This document shows positions 49,201 through 63,143 of a stretch of 64,000 bases of DNA, one piece after another (the stretch's first letter is position 1; each line of letters opens with the position of its first letter). The notes beneath the pieces are model-generated. The model searched no databases. It was not told the DNA's origin and saw nothing but the letters and a program-made list of their open reading frames with translations. Source of the stretch: Sarea resinae (Eukaryota); the NCBI GenBank assembly GCA_026026165.1, contig JAPEUD010000069.1, positions 1 to 64,000 of the forward strand, in the 5' to 3' direction. The translations under genes were made by a program, and so were the position numbers.

Positions 49201-50042
49201 AGCGACCGGCTCTCAATGATGCTGGACCCGACGGCGCAAATGCCTTCAACGACGGCAGCGAGCAGTTTGTTGGCGGAGACTTCGCCGAGGACATTGATGA
49301 AGATTTCTTTGGGTTCAAGGAGCTCGGCCTCGACAAGGAGTTTGGCATGGCTTCTCTTAGCGTGCCGTTGCATCTCTTGCAGAATCGCATGCACAGTGCC
49401 TATACTGCGCAAAACACAAGGTACGTCGTTCATCACCTTGCTTTTCAACTGGCTTCCTATCTCTGGAAGATACAAAAAACTAATGCTCTTCACTTTCACA
49501 GCTCGGCCACCACTTCCACTTCCGCATTCACGCCGCCACCAGCCTACGAACCTGTCACGCGCGAATACATCAAAGATCAAATTGGTCTGGTACAGAACTT
49601 CTTCCTTGCCAAACTGCACGCAAACAACGACGAGCCCCTCGTTGAAGACGACGAGCTTCCTCAGAAGCAACGCCTCCCTAAGCCTCGCCTGCCACCCACA
49701 GGCAAGATCTCTAGTCCCCGTAAGCGGCCCTTTAAAGATCACGGTGGTGCCGCTGGCGGTGTCAAGAAGAAGAAGAAAATCGACGGAGGTTTCAGTGGTG
49801 CTGCTTCGACAAACGTGAAAGATGAAGAAAATTCGTCCAAAGCAACGCACGGATTTGGTAACGCGACGGGTGCAAAGACCAACGGGAATAATCCGGCTTC
49901 GTCGTCGAAGCCGAAACTCAATTTCCCAGGGCCTGTGCTGATGGAGCGCGTGGAGAGCGGCAAGGATAGCGAGGCGGACAAGGATGACGGGGGGAGTAGC
50001 GCCGTCGGGATGATGAGCCCGGAGAGCATCGTTGCTGCTTAG
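46211..50042 (+). CDS. SPT7: SAGA complex subunit Spt7 (bromodomain + histone fold), multi-exon
   Basis: [21 protein letters not shown], bromodomain [28 protein letters not shown]...IWANCLKYN, histone fold [17 protein letters not shown] and [22 protein letters not shown]. Confidence 0.95.
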
Positions 50043-51300
50043 TGCGTGGGGGAAAAGACGTCTTGCCTCTCAAATTTCGCATGATTGTTCAACGACAACG
50101 CTTTCTTCCAAAGGCATCTGAGAGCTGTCGTATCATTGGCCATTACCGAACCGATCTCTCTTCCAATCTGGCTTTTCTTATCTTCACGGTGCTCAATGCA
50201 GCAATGTCCTGCGCCGGCCATGGCTATACCTCCTCCCCTTTTCTTGGCCGAACTTGATCTTCAAGTGTACAATATATAGCGCAGGCGGATTCTTACATCC
50301 TGACCGTTCCCATTCCCCACTACTTCTCACCCTACCGTGCACCAAAAACTCACCCGGCCTCTTGGCGGCGTGGTAGATTCCATCCAGCCGTGTATTCTGC
50401 CCAACTCCACGTTTACAGTATTGAATGAACAGGCCCGAACTTCGGAGCGGTTGTCACAATAATGGCTCAAATAGATGTCCATGTACACAGTATTTCGTAC
50501 CTCGGCAGCCGAGACCTCTACGTTATCAATGGAAGAGCCTTGGTACTCGTACTCGATCTACCTTACTCATAGGTAGTATGTAGGACACGGTGAAGATGAC
50601 CGAAGATGACTGAAGACTGATAAGGTTGATGTGACGTCGTGCGAAGATCGCGACCGGTCTAGAGGTTCCATTGCCCCCATTGCCCCAATTGTTCCCATCG
50701 ACGCTCATGGCTCACCCGATGGGCCGGTAAGGTGCTTTAGCTAGATGCGCCATGTCCGAAAGAAGGGGAAGGAGAAAAGAAAAAGAAGGTGTGGATGTCG
50801 GCACTTCTTATCCACCCATCGAATCCTGAGAGAGCCAAGATGCCGCGGCCCGAGTGAGCCGGCCGCGACTCGGCGGGAACGGGACTCATCGAGAACGTCC
50901 AGATGATGGATGAGACGCCAGTGACTCAATACGGAGGTGCGCAGGACTGCGCAGGACTGCGAAGGACTGCACTATGTGGAGTCCAGTCGAGTGTTCTTCC
51001 TTCGCTCTTGGTGACTGCTAATGCCATGCTGGTTGTCCCACTGGCGCTGGCTACGGGGTATGACGTTGTCATGTCGCAGCCGAATAGCCATCCATTCACG
51101 GGCTCTTTTGTTGACCGTCTCTGCTCGACCGCGACGGGCTTGGTCTTGCTGATAACTTCCATTCTGCTAATCCTACAGTCTCATGTGCATCTCGCCCGCA
51201 GTAGGAGTGCTCATGTATCAACATCCATATACTCTCATCTGATTTCTTTCTCTCCTTGCTCTCGTCCTTCCTTGCCCATATCCAGTCTCATCCACTCAAC

Positions 51301-53215
51301 ATGGCTGCTGTGCGACAGAGGTGCCAGCTGCGGAGCTCAATGGTCGGTGCCCTCGCTCGCACTTCTAGACCCTCGAGCGCTGCTCCCACTTCATTCTTAT
51401 GTAGAAACGACCAGCGTCGGACTATCACGACTAAACAACTTGACATTGACAAGAAGGGTACCAGATGATCCTTTCAGAACCGCCGCTGTGATTTCGCTTT
51501 GGCTGACCCGTCTTATTAGGCAGGGAACGAGTGTTGGTTCTCGGATCTGGTACGGCTGGCGCACCTCTGGTAGACTATCATCTCTTCTGACAGCCGGGTT
51601 TTAGGATGGGCTGGCTATTCATTATCGAGAAATCTCGACCCGGCCAAATATCAGGTCGTCGTCGTCGTGTCGCCGCGCTCCTACTTCGTCTTCACGCCCT
51701 TATTAGCCTCCACCTGTGTGGGCACTCTCGAATTCCGAACGGCACTGGAGCCGGTACGCAGTCGCCGACTGAACGCTGCCTTCTTCCAAGGATGGGCAGA
51801 CGACATCGATTTCGATAAGAAAACGCTCACCGTCGAGGAGAGTGTGGCGGATAATTTTCAAGGTCTAGCCTTGACCGGTGATCGCCATCCACAGTCACAG
51901 AGCGAGAGGAAGGAAGAGAAGGCAGTGGAGAGCGCCAAGGGGGAACTCTTCGATATCAGTTATGACAAGCTTGTTGTAGCCGTCGGATGCTACAGTCAGA
52001 CTTTCAATACCCCGGGCGTAAAGGAGAACGCGCTCTTCTTAAAGGATGTTGGAGATGCCAGAAAAATCAGGAAGCGAATATTGGAATGTGAGCAACATTC
52101 AACCAGATGGCCGAAGATCGTCTAACATCGTCAGGTTTTGAAACGGCTGCGCTCCCTACCACCTCTGAGACGCAAAGGAAGCAGTTGTTGAACTTTGCTG
52201 TTGTCGGCGGAGGACGTAAGCAATCCCTGTGGCGCATATTATACAACAAGCTAATCACTGCGATAGCAACTGGTATCGAATTCTCCGCCGAACTACACGA
52301 TCTGATCAAGGACGACCTCTCAAAGGTCTATCCGTATAGTGCGCAGGCATTCAAGATTACCGTTTACGATGTGGCACCAAAAGTGCTGTCAATGTTCGAC
52401 GACAAGCTTGCTGATTATGCCATGAATCACTTCAAAAGACAGGGAATTGAGATAAAAACTTCGCACCACGTTCAGAATCTTCGGAAGGGTGTGCCATCTG
52501 CTCTGAAAGACAGCCCCGAGATCAAGGATCCAAGCACGGGTCTAACAATGACCGTCAAAGAGGAGGGTGAGATTGGTACCGGAATGGTAGTGTGGTCCAC
52601 AGGATTGATGATGAACCCTTTCGTCGAAAGAGCACTCAAGCAGACCCGGAAGTTCCCATCGAAATCGGTTGCGTCCCATGCAAGCGTCCCCGAGGGAGTC
52701 GACTGGACTATCAAGCATGACTTCAAGACTGGTGGACTCCTTACTGACGATAAGCTGCGCGTCAAGCTTCTAGCAAAGACTGGGGAAGACGAGGCCCCAG
52801 AAACGGTGTTGAAGGATGTTTTTGCCCTTGGTGACTGCGCAGTCCTGGAGGGAACCATGTACCCCGCCACAGCGCAAGTTGCCAACCAAAAAGCCGAATG
52901 GCTCGCCAAGAGGCTGAACAAGGGCGATATTGAATCTCAGGCCTTTACATGGAAGAATATGGGCGTGATGGCATACGTCGGCAATTGGAATGCTATCATG
53001 CAGGGTGGCAAGAGGGGTCCTGATGTCTCTGGCAGGGCCGCGTGGGTGATCTGGAGAGGGGCATATCTGGCCAAGAGTGTGAGCTGGAGAAACCGGATTC
53101 TCATCCCCGCGTACTGGTGAGTTTTTGCTTCTGGTGTATAGTCCACTGCTCTTTACTGATAAATGTGTGTAGGTTCCTCAATTGGATATTCGGTCGGGAC
53201 ATTTCGAGGTTCTAG
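51301..53215 (+). CDS. Type II (rotenone-insensitive) mitochondrial NAD(P)H dehydrogenase, NDE/NDI family, multi-exon
   Basis: Presequence, RVLVLGSG|WAG, SPRSYFVFTPLLASTCVGTLEFR, YDKLVVAVG, FAVVGGG..TGIEFSAEL, VFALGDC, PATAQVANQ and a last exon WFLNWIFGRDISRF. Confidence 0.93.
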
Positions 53216-53746
53216 ATACTAATGTATATTGGGGCGCCGGAAGGATGACAGATGGCGAAGGTTATATTCGAAGACCTCACAAGGCTTTGGGCGGGAGGTT
53301 TGTTTTTCGGAGATGGTTTGATCCCCTAGACTGTAAAATAAGTTCATCTCTTCTGGTCGGTCGTCTTGGGCTGGGTTTTAGATATCTTATAGAGGTATAG
53401 ACAAGATATAGCCAACAGAGTCAAGGTTTGCGATTGGGATGATATTGCATTTGGCAGCTTCCATAGATCGAGGGCGCGTGTTATATTTGATACGTTATTG
53501 ATAAGTACAAGAGCATCTTATTGGAACCGTGCCCATAATGACGTTGTAAAGCATTGATGACCCAACAATAAGTGTACAGGACGGCAGATGAAACTTCCAA
53601 TATACATAGTCCAGACGGCTTGCAGTCTATCAACATCGCCAAGCACCCGAGAACAATCATCTCCGTCAAATGGACTGCTTCAGAAAAGCTCAACCTCTAG
53701 ACGAGCCCTCAACTAGCTGAATAAAGTCTTCGTTGACTTTCGTAGG

Positions 53747-54384
53747 CTACCAAAACTTCCAGCTTTTCCTCTGCTTCTCTTCCTCTTCTAATCTCTTGCG
53801 TTCCTCGAATGCGGCCCGCTTTGCCTCCATAGCTTCCCTCGCCGCCTTCTCCTTTTCCGCCTTCTTCCTATCGATAATCTCGACTGCCCTCTTCATGCCC
53901 TCCATCTCTAATCGTCTCTTGATCTGGCAATACTCGTAAGTCGCAAACGAGGCAATGCAAAAACTTCCAACCGCCCAATTGGACGCTTTCGGCAAGGGAG
54001 CTATAGCAAACAGCAAAACAACAATCAGCACCAGACAATCGTGTAATTCGTATAAGACGTACTTCCCAACACGGCCCTGATGCCGCCGACGCCAAAACCG
54101 GCCGTGATACCGGTCAGCAACGAATCCCTGACGCACGGCTGCTTGTGCACGTTCTTGAAATCGTCGACTTTCACCGTCTTCAGTGCATCGGTGAAGCCGG
54201 CGCTCTGGGGCCGGCCGCCGGCAGTGTTGGACATTCCACCCGGAAGCACATTTGCGCTCTCTGGTGGAGGCGTGAATGTCTCGTAAATTTTGTGACTGTG
54301 GGGAGGTGCTGCTGCGGGGACAATGCCGGCCTCGTCAGGGCCGCCTTGAGGCGCGCTTTCGGGCTCCCGGGTATCTGCTGCCAT
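53747..54384 (-). CDS. COX20: Cytochrome c oxidase assembly factor Cox20; exons 54384-54063, 54000-53747
   Basis: PCVRDSLLTGITAGFGVGG, ASNWAVGSF, YEYCQIKRRLE and a charged helical tail. Confidence 0.92.
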
Positions 54385-54916
54385 GATCACGGTTTTGGCT
54401 GTGGAGAGGATGCGGGCATTGTATTGGGATTAAATCTCGATATTTACTGCGGGTCGAGTCGAGGTGGTGATGTCGTACAATATGCAAGCTCGAAAGAGGC
54501 AAAGCGCGATATGAAGTACGATGCGGGGCTCGAGCAGAAACTGCAGATGTTCTTCCTACGGTACGCCGCAAAAGCCATGAGAGGGGCTTTTCGCGTACCA
54601 AGCCGAGCGCGTAGCACTTTACACCCGACGCGTCTTCGATTAAAGATGCATGGATGAATGCATTCATGGCTTCGATTCAGGAACCAGCGGAGCCAGCAAC
54701 AACTTCGACTGCAGCCATACTTCTCCACCACCATTCGCGTGCCATGACCCTTCGAGACCGCGGCACAACATGTTGAGCTTCTAGATAATGAAGAGTACCG
54801 TATTCTTGCACAGATGATCCCAGCGTTCATTTCCTAAGCGCGCGTTGGCTGCTCGCTCAAAGGGTCCCATTTACGCTGTCTGGCTTCGTTGACTGCCTCG
54901 GCCATTCAATTTCACT

Positions 54917-57900
54917 ATGGCGCCATACAGGACGGGCCGATCATATAGGGGAGGCTTCAGGGGAGGCAATTCATCTCAAGGATTCCGGCGCACCAAGGTC
55001 ATCGACTCCTCGAGCTTAAGAGCCAGCGAGGCTACATCCCAGGACGAGAAGATCCAGGCGAATCGACTGGCGAACAGCATCGATGAGTCCATGGGATTTG
55101 CCCGTTATGAAGCCGGCAAAAAGAGAATCGGGTGGCTCTGCAACATGCACAGTACCAGCGTGGAAGATGAGAAGGTACTGGGTGGACGCGCAGGGGTAGA
55201 CTTCTATTTTATCGAGGAAGATGGCGGCACATTCAAGGCTACGGTCGAATACGATCCATATTTCCTCCTGGCCGTCCGGAGAGGAAGAGAAGCTGAGGTA
55301 GAAGAATGGTGCAAAAGGATGTTTGAAGGCATGCTGAAAGGAATCAAAAGGGTGGAAAAGGAGGATTTGCAGATGGTGAGTATGGCTTAGTTCCTAGCCT
55401 CACGAAGGCTCCAGTCAAAGCTCAAAAAAGCTGATCTCGTATTTCCGGCAAGCCGAATCATCTTCTGGGCTACCGACGGACCTTCCTCCAATTGAACTTC
55501 GCGAACGTGTCGGATCTGCTAAATGTACGAAAGACCCTTTTGCCCATTGCGGAGAAGAACATAAAAAACATGAGTGCTATGGACACTTATGCCGAGGTTG
55601 CCAGGTAAGACCTTTTTGAATACTTGGCATAAACATGCTTGTCTGGAGTGATCGCTGATTGTGATCAAGTGCGAGTGCTGGATTCGACCTCTTTGACGAC
55701 GATGAACGAGATAATGATAGAGGAATTCACGGAGTTATGGAAGCAAGTAATTTCATCATTGATATACGAGAATATGATGTTCCTTACCACGTTCGAGTGG
55801 CAATTGATAAAGGTTAGACAAAGCAAATTCACGGATGCACAAAACCAGACACCATACTAATTACTCCAGATATCCGCATTGGGAAATGGTACAAGGTAGA
55901 AGCAAAGCATGGCGTTATAAATCTTACTTGCATAGAAGAGCGTTTGCAGCGAGCGGATCCTGTCGTCTTGGCGTTCGATATCGAAACCACGAAACTACCC
56001 CTTAAGTTTCCCGACGCCGTGATCGACCAAGTCATGATGATTTCATACATGATCGACGGTCAAGGCTTTCTGATCACCAACCGTGAAATTGTCTCCGAAG
56101 ACATTGCGGATTTCGAATACACTCCAAAACCAGAGTACGAAGGGCCTTTCGTCATCTTCAACGAGCCGGACGAACGAGGCGTTCTGGAACGATTCTTTCT
56201 GCATATCAAAGAAGCGAAGCCCACTGTAATCGCAACATACAACGGTGACTTTTTCGATTGGCCTTTCGTGGAAGCTCGCGCGAATGTATTGGGCATTGAT
56301 ATGTATCGGGAGATCGGGTTCAGAAAGAACAGCGAGGATATCTATCAAAGCGACTACTGCGCACACATGGATTGCTTTGCATGGGTCAACCGAGACAGTT
56401 ACCTACCTCAGGGGAGTCGGGGTCTCAAGGCAGTGACGGTTGCAAAATTGGGATACGATCCCGATGAACTAGATCCAGAACTCATGACCAGGTATGCTTG
56501 CATAACGCTTGCCCTAGATAGTAACAGGGGACTAATCTCTCAAAGGTACGCCGCCGAACGGCCTCAGACACTGGCGGAATACTCGGTCTCAGATGCCGTT
56601 GCTACTTACTATCTATACATGAAATACGTGCATCCATTCATCTTCTCACTGTGTACTATCATTCCCTTGAACCCGAACGATGTTCTCCGCAAAGGTACTG
56701 GAACACTATGTGAGATGTTGCTCATGGTAAGCCTATGCTCTGGTGGCAAACGAGACGCCGTCTAATAAGTCTCCGCAGGTGCAAGCATACCAGAAGGAGA
56801 TCATCTTACCGAACAAGCACCAGTCACCCAAGGAAGCCTTTTGGGACGGCCATTTGCTTGACAGTGAAACCTATGTCGGCGGTCATGTAGAGAGTATCGA
56901 AGCTGGAGTTTTCAGAAGCGATATACCGGTCAACTTCGCTCTTGAGCCAAGCGCAATCGACGAGCTCCTCAATGACCTTGATGCGGCGTTGCATTTCAGC
57001 ATCGTGGTTGAGGAAAAAAAGTCACTCGAAGATGTGACAAATTACGAGGAGGTCAAGGCACAAATTTCAGAGAAGCTTTTGAGCCTCAAAGAGACGCCGA
57101 ACAGAAACGAGAGACCCTCAATCTATCACTTGGATGTGGCTTCTATGTACCCCAACATCATGACGACGAATCGACTTCAGCCAGATTCTATGATACAGGA
57201 GTCGGATTGTGCTGCTTGCGACTTCAATCGTCCTGGAAAGACGTGCGATAGGAGAATGCCATGGGCCTGGAGGGGAGAATTTCTGCCTGCGAAGAGGGAC
57301 GAATATAACATGATCCGTCAGGCCCTCGAGAATGAACGATTTCCTGGCCGACGACCCAATGCGCCTCCGAGGACATTCCAAGAGCTCTCGTATGATGAAC
57401 AAGCCGATATGATCAAGAAGAGACTTCAGGATTACAGTAAAAAGATCTATCATAAAATTCACGACGCAAGGACTATTGAGCGGGAAGCCATCATCTGTCA
57501 ACGTGAAAACCCGTTCTACGTGGATACTGTCAGGAAATTCCGGGATCGAAGATACGATTTTAAGGGCCAGCAGAAAGTTTGGAAGAATAAGACTCAAACC
57601 CTGAAATCATCGGGAGCATCGCCCCTGCAGGTTGAAGACGCCAAGAAGATGATTGTCCTTTATGATTCGTTGCAGCTAGCGCACAAAGTCATCTTGAACA
57701 GTTTCTATGGTTATGTCATGCGAAAGGGTTCGCGATGGTACTCGATGGAAATGGCCGGAGTTACTTGCTTAACTGGAGCACATATTATTCAAATGGCTCG
57801 ACAGCTTGTCGAACGAATTGGGAGACCGTTGGAACTTGACACAGACGGCATCTGGTGTATGCTTCCGAAGACGTTCCCAGAAAATTTCGCTTTCACTCTC

Positions 57901-60900
57901 AAAGGAGGCAAGAAGTTACCGATATCTTATCCCTGTGTGATGTTGAACCACCTGGTTCATGCTAAATTCACGAATGACCAGTATCAAGACTTGGTCGATC
58001 CAAAGTCATTCCGGTACGAAACTCGCAGCGATAACACGATCTTTTTCGAAGTGGACGGTCCTTACAAGGCTATGATATTGCCGACGTCTAAAGAAGAGGA
58101 CAAGAACCTGAAGAAACGTTATGCTGTCTTCAATCACGACGGAAGTCTTGCCGAGTTGAAAGGCTTCGAAGTGAAGCGAAGAGGAGAGCTGAAGCTCATC
58201 AAAATTTTCCAGACGCAAATCTTCAAATTCTTCTTGGAGGGTACCACGTTGACCGAAACGTATGCCGCCGTGGCAAAGGTCGCTAACAGGTGGTTGGATG
58301 TCCTATATCAACATGGGTCGACCTTGGCCGATGAGGAACTTATCGACCTCATTTGCGAGAACAAGAGCATGTCAAAAACTCTCGAAGAATATGGCAATCA
58401 AAAGTCAACTTCAATTACGACGGCGAAACGTCTGGCGGATTTCCTGGGCGAACAAATGATCAAAGACAAGGGCCTGAATTGCAAATACATCATTTCATCA
58501 AGACCTAAAAATGCTCCCGTCACGGAAAGAGCTATTCCGGTTGCTATATTTTCTGCGGATGAGCAAGTCAAGCGTTTCTTCCTCCGGAAATGGCTTCGAG
58601 AAGATCCTGGAGATATGGATCCTCGGTCAATAATCGATTGGAATTACTATCTGGAGCGGCTCGGATCCGTCGTCCAGAAAGTTATTACAATCCCGGCCGC
58701 ACTACAGAAAGTGCGCAATCCCGTTCCTCGAGTAGCGCACCCAGAGTGGTTGCAGAAGAGAATCAATATCAAGGATGATAAGCTCAAGCAGAAGAAGATG
58801 ACGGATTTATTCGAGAAGAAGACGTTGGCTGATATTACCAATACGAGTCTCGACAATCGTGTGCCTGACCTCGAAGATTTTGGAGCCATTGCGACCCCGA
58901 AACCGAAGAATGGAGTCATCACAAAGATGGTGCAAAAGCGAAAAGCGCCTGAATTGTCGGCCCCCGTCCCAGAAGATCCTTTTGCTAGCCTGCCTTCCAA
59001 AATGCCTTCGATGACGGAAGACTACAAGGGATGGTTACAGTATCAGAAAAGAAAGTGGAAGATCAACGAGCAAGCTAGCAATAGGCGCAAACAGCTCTTC
59101 GGTGAGAGGGGAAATAACCCATCTGATACTCTCGGAAGCTTTTTCAGGAACCAGGCCGAGCTTCTCTTCACTAGTACTTGGCAATTACTAGAGCTTCGAG
59201 ATACCGAGATTTCTGGCGAAGTGAAAGCTTTCGTTCTCATAGGTCAGAAATTACACACATTGAGAATTCGGGTTCCCCGGCAAGTCTTCCTCAATCTAAA
59301 GGCCAGAGACCTGCCGGACGTGGTGATAGAGGGCTGTTCCGTGGAGAAAGTCAACCACGCTTTGCCGAATGGACATCCCTCTGTGCATCTCTTCAAGCTC
59401 ACCATGTCTGAAGAGATATACGTCAGCGAAGCGGAGAAGTTGGCTCTCCTCTTCAACCACCCGAGTGTGGAGGGCGTGTACGAGAAGAACGTGCCATTGA
59501 ATGTTCGAGCCATGCTTGAACTGGGTAGTCTCTGTACTTTTGATGAAAGCCAGGAAGGAGTCCTCGGAAAAGGGCTTGAACATGGTTTCGATCTCTCAAG
59601 CCTCCGACGTGTGCCATCCAAACAGCCATATCTCTCGCAGGCAACGATGAGCTATCTTTTCTTGTATCACGTCGTTGCAGGTGAACGGCAGGTCTTTGCG
59701 CTTTTCTCGAGCTCATTAGAACAGGCTCATGTCATAGTTCTCAATAGGTCGCGAGATGTCCAGGGGTTCCCCAATGTTGACAAGGTCTATTCTGAGCTTC
59801 TCTCGCGGAGATTGCAAGAGGCAGAAGAGGCGGGTGACGACTCATGGCAGAAGTCCTTCAAGTATCAGGACAAGGTTCATTTCAAGACGACTCAGGTCTC
59901 AACGAAGAGAAAGGCTCATCTTGAGATAGGGGACTTGCTCAAGAAAATGCGGAATGATCAAAACAACTCGGTCGTGTTGGTGGTTCAGTCGCCGCAACGG
60001 CGTATGCTCGTTCACGACATCCCTGCGCTGAAAGAGATTCCGATCCTACCTCTGCGGCCAGAGTTATCGGATGGGAATTTACCTCCACTAGGCTGGCAGG
60101 GCTTTGTCGCGAAGCGCCTTGTCACTCACTATCTAGCTCTTGGCTCCTGGATCTCCCATCTTACGGAATTGGCCAGATACGGGGATATCCCGCTGTGCAA
60201 CTTGGAGAAGGATGATCCCCGATTTCTCATCGATATTACATATGCGAGGCGCTTACAGAAGAACAATATAGTGCTGTGGTGGTCTGGCGGACCTCGTCCT
60301 GACCACGCTGGGTACGAAAAGGACAACATCCTTGGCCCGATGGAGAAGGTTGACATGCCTTCTATGAACAATCCTGGTACTTATGCTTCTGTCTGCATTG
60401 AGCTTGATGTGCGAAATCTAGCAATCAACACTATCCTGACCTCGTCGTTAATCAACGAGCTGGAGGGCAGTGACTCTGTTTCCTTTAATCCAGCTGCGCC
60501 TGCAGACGATGCTGCCAATGACGGCTCCGCTGTTTTGTATGCCGATGATGCATTTGCCTCGGCTGGCGTTGCCGTACTGCGAGAGATGGTCAAGGCTTGG
60601 TGGGCTGAAGCATGCCAGGGGAGCACCATGGCCGACATCATGGTACAACACCTCGTGCGGTGGGTCGAAAGTCCTGCGTCTTTCCTGTACGACCGCTCGC
60701 TCCATTACTACGTCCAGATGATGTCGAGGAAGGCTTTTCAGCAGCTCATGACTGATTTCAGACGAGTGGGATCTTTCGTCGTCTTCGCGAATTCTGGCCG
60801 TCTTCTCATTCAGACGACCAAAGCAGAGGTCGGGAATGCGTACGCATATAGTCAGTATATCCTTAAGACCATCAAAGCGAAGCCCTTGTTCCACTTCCTG

Positions 60901-62043
60901 GATCTGGAGATCAAGGAGTATTGGGATTACCTCGTTTGGTACGACGAGTTCAACTACGGCGGAAAGGCGTGCGAGGAGGTCGTCGAGGCCGAGAACCAGT
61001 CGCTGCATTGTATCATGCACTGGCAGCTTGCACAATTCCTTCCGATGACCCTGCAATCGGTCTTCAACGATTGGGTCATCGAGTTCATCGACCTCATGCA
61101 CGGTCTCAAGCATCCTCTCCATCAAGCCGGCGAACTCGACAGTACCAGCACATCCGACCCAGCACCACGGCTCACCCAACTGCCCTTTCAAAGTCTCACC
61201 TCGGCCGCCGCGGGGAAAACATCGCTGATCCCAACCACGCTCCTCACGCCGATCTCGAAACCGCTCAAAAAGCAAATCTCGACGCTCCTCCGACGGCAGC
61301 GCCAGGAACTGCTCCATCCGACCCTCGCAGCCGACCACAAATTCCCTATCCTTCCCGGCTCGCACCTCCCGCTCGCGGACCCGGCGCTGCAGCTCACGAA
61401 GTCGCTGATGCAGGTCTTCGGGCTGGACAAGAACATCTCGCTCGAAGTGCGGCTGCTCCGCAAGGAGCTGCTGAGCCTGTTCGACGTGCGCGAGTTCAGC
61501 GCCGAGGCCGGCTTCGTCAATCCTTCGGCGAGCTGCAAGGTCGAGGGCGTGGTGTGCGAGAGCTGCACGGCCAGCCGCGACATCGACCTCTGTCGCGACG
61601 CCGACATACTCGCTCAGGCGGTTCCTGCGACGACGGCGACGACGACGACTTCCGATGCCGACATCGCCGCCACTAGTACTACTACTACGTCTCTATCCTC
61701 CTCATCGCCAGGCGCAAGCACCACGTTCCCTTGCCCCGTCTGCACACACCCCTACTCGCGTCTCCTGCTCGAGGAGAGCCTGATCGCGCGCGTCCAAGCG
61801 CTCGTGCTCGGCTGGACGACGCAGGACCTGCGCTGCGCCAAGTGCGGCGCCGTGCGCGTCAACGATTTCATGGAGCATTGCTCGTGCGGCGCGGCCTGGG
61901 TCGAGGGCGGGAGCGGCGGGGGCGGTGCGCCTGTCTCGCGAGCGGCGGTCGAGAGGGAAGGGAGGGTGCTTGGGAGGGTGGCGGCGTGGTTTGGGTTTAA
62001 GATGTTGGGGGTGGTTTTGGGCGGGATGGGTCTCGGGGCGTGA
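54917..62043 (+). CDS. POL2: DNA polymerase epsilon catalytic subunit; exons 54917-55375, 55453-55604, 55670-55811, 55870-56491, 56546-56726, 56779-62043
   Basis: Exo[53 protein letters not shown], and C-terminal CysA (CESC..CPVC) and CysB (CAKC..CSC) motifs. Confidence 0.98.
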
Positions 62044-62229
62044 GTGAGTGTATTGGGTGGGTTATTAGGTGGGGACGTGAGGCGTAGGAATGAGAGAGCA
62101 ACGGGAGGGGGGAATGTGTCATATCTCTTCCTGCTCGTACCTATCTTGTTTCAATTTCTTTTTGTTCTTTTTTACGTTTTCTTCATCGCTTCTGGGGACT
62201 TTTTCCCGGAGTTCTGGGTTCTGCATAAG

Positions 62230-62830
62230 TAGGTAGTTGGGCAGTTAGGCAGCCAGGCAGTTAGGTCGTTAGGAAGGTAGTTAGGTGTCTATATCCATTC
62301 TTATTACGCCGCCTGCAGGACTTTGCTAGCAAGAGTAGTGTACTCTATGAATATAGTAGGCTCTTGAGCACAATTGGCTATATAGTAGACTACCTTACGT
62401 ACTATATACTAGAGTACAAGGCCCTTGATACAGAGTAGAGTATATCTTATTCTCTTCTATCCTCTCTTCTATCCTCTATTCTATCCCCTATCATTATATC
62501 CCACTCTCCTACTATATCCCACCATATCTTACCCACGATACTCTAGTCTACTCTATTCTAGTATATCCTACCTGATCCTATAGTATTTACTAGACAGCTA
62601 GTAACTTACATCACACTTACTTACTCACTCTTCTGCCTAGGTAAACCTTTCTTACATAGAAAACTTTTGTATTATCTTGTATATCTTACTTTACTTGACT
62701 TTATATCGCTTTATATCGCTTTATATTGCTTTATATTGCTTTACTTTACTTTACTTTACTTTACCTTAAACAACATGATATATAAAGTATAATACACTTT
62801 ATACACACCTAGGTCCTTCTTCCTCGATAT
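62230..62830. other. Second AT/TpA-rich RIP-like spacer with (CTTTATAT(C/T)G)n and (ACTTT)n arrays
   Basis: Same tag / cta / tac word bias as 42690-43690. Short tandem arrays at about 62698-62765. Confidence 0.6.
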
Positions 62831-63143
62831 CGTTTACTTGTACTCTCTTCTTTCTTTCCTCTCTTGCTCCTCTTTCTTGGGCTACAATGAGGCTAGGCTA
62901 GGCAGGCGCAAAGAAGATAGATAAAAAGATGGATAGATGGATGGATGGATGGGATTCTCAGATGCCAAGCAGAAATGTACATTCCCCCCCTATGATATCC
63001 GCTCTGCTCTGCTCTGCTCTGCTCTGCCTGCTCTCTCCTGCATCTCTATCACCATGAAAATCACCACCGAATCACCGAACCACTAACGCCTCACTCGCTC
63101 CCTACCCCCGTATCTCACCACCACACTACACAGCCCTCCAAAA

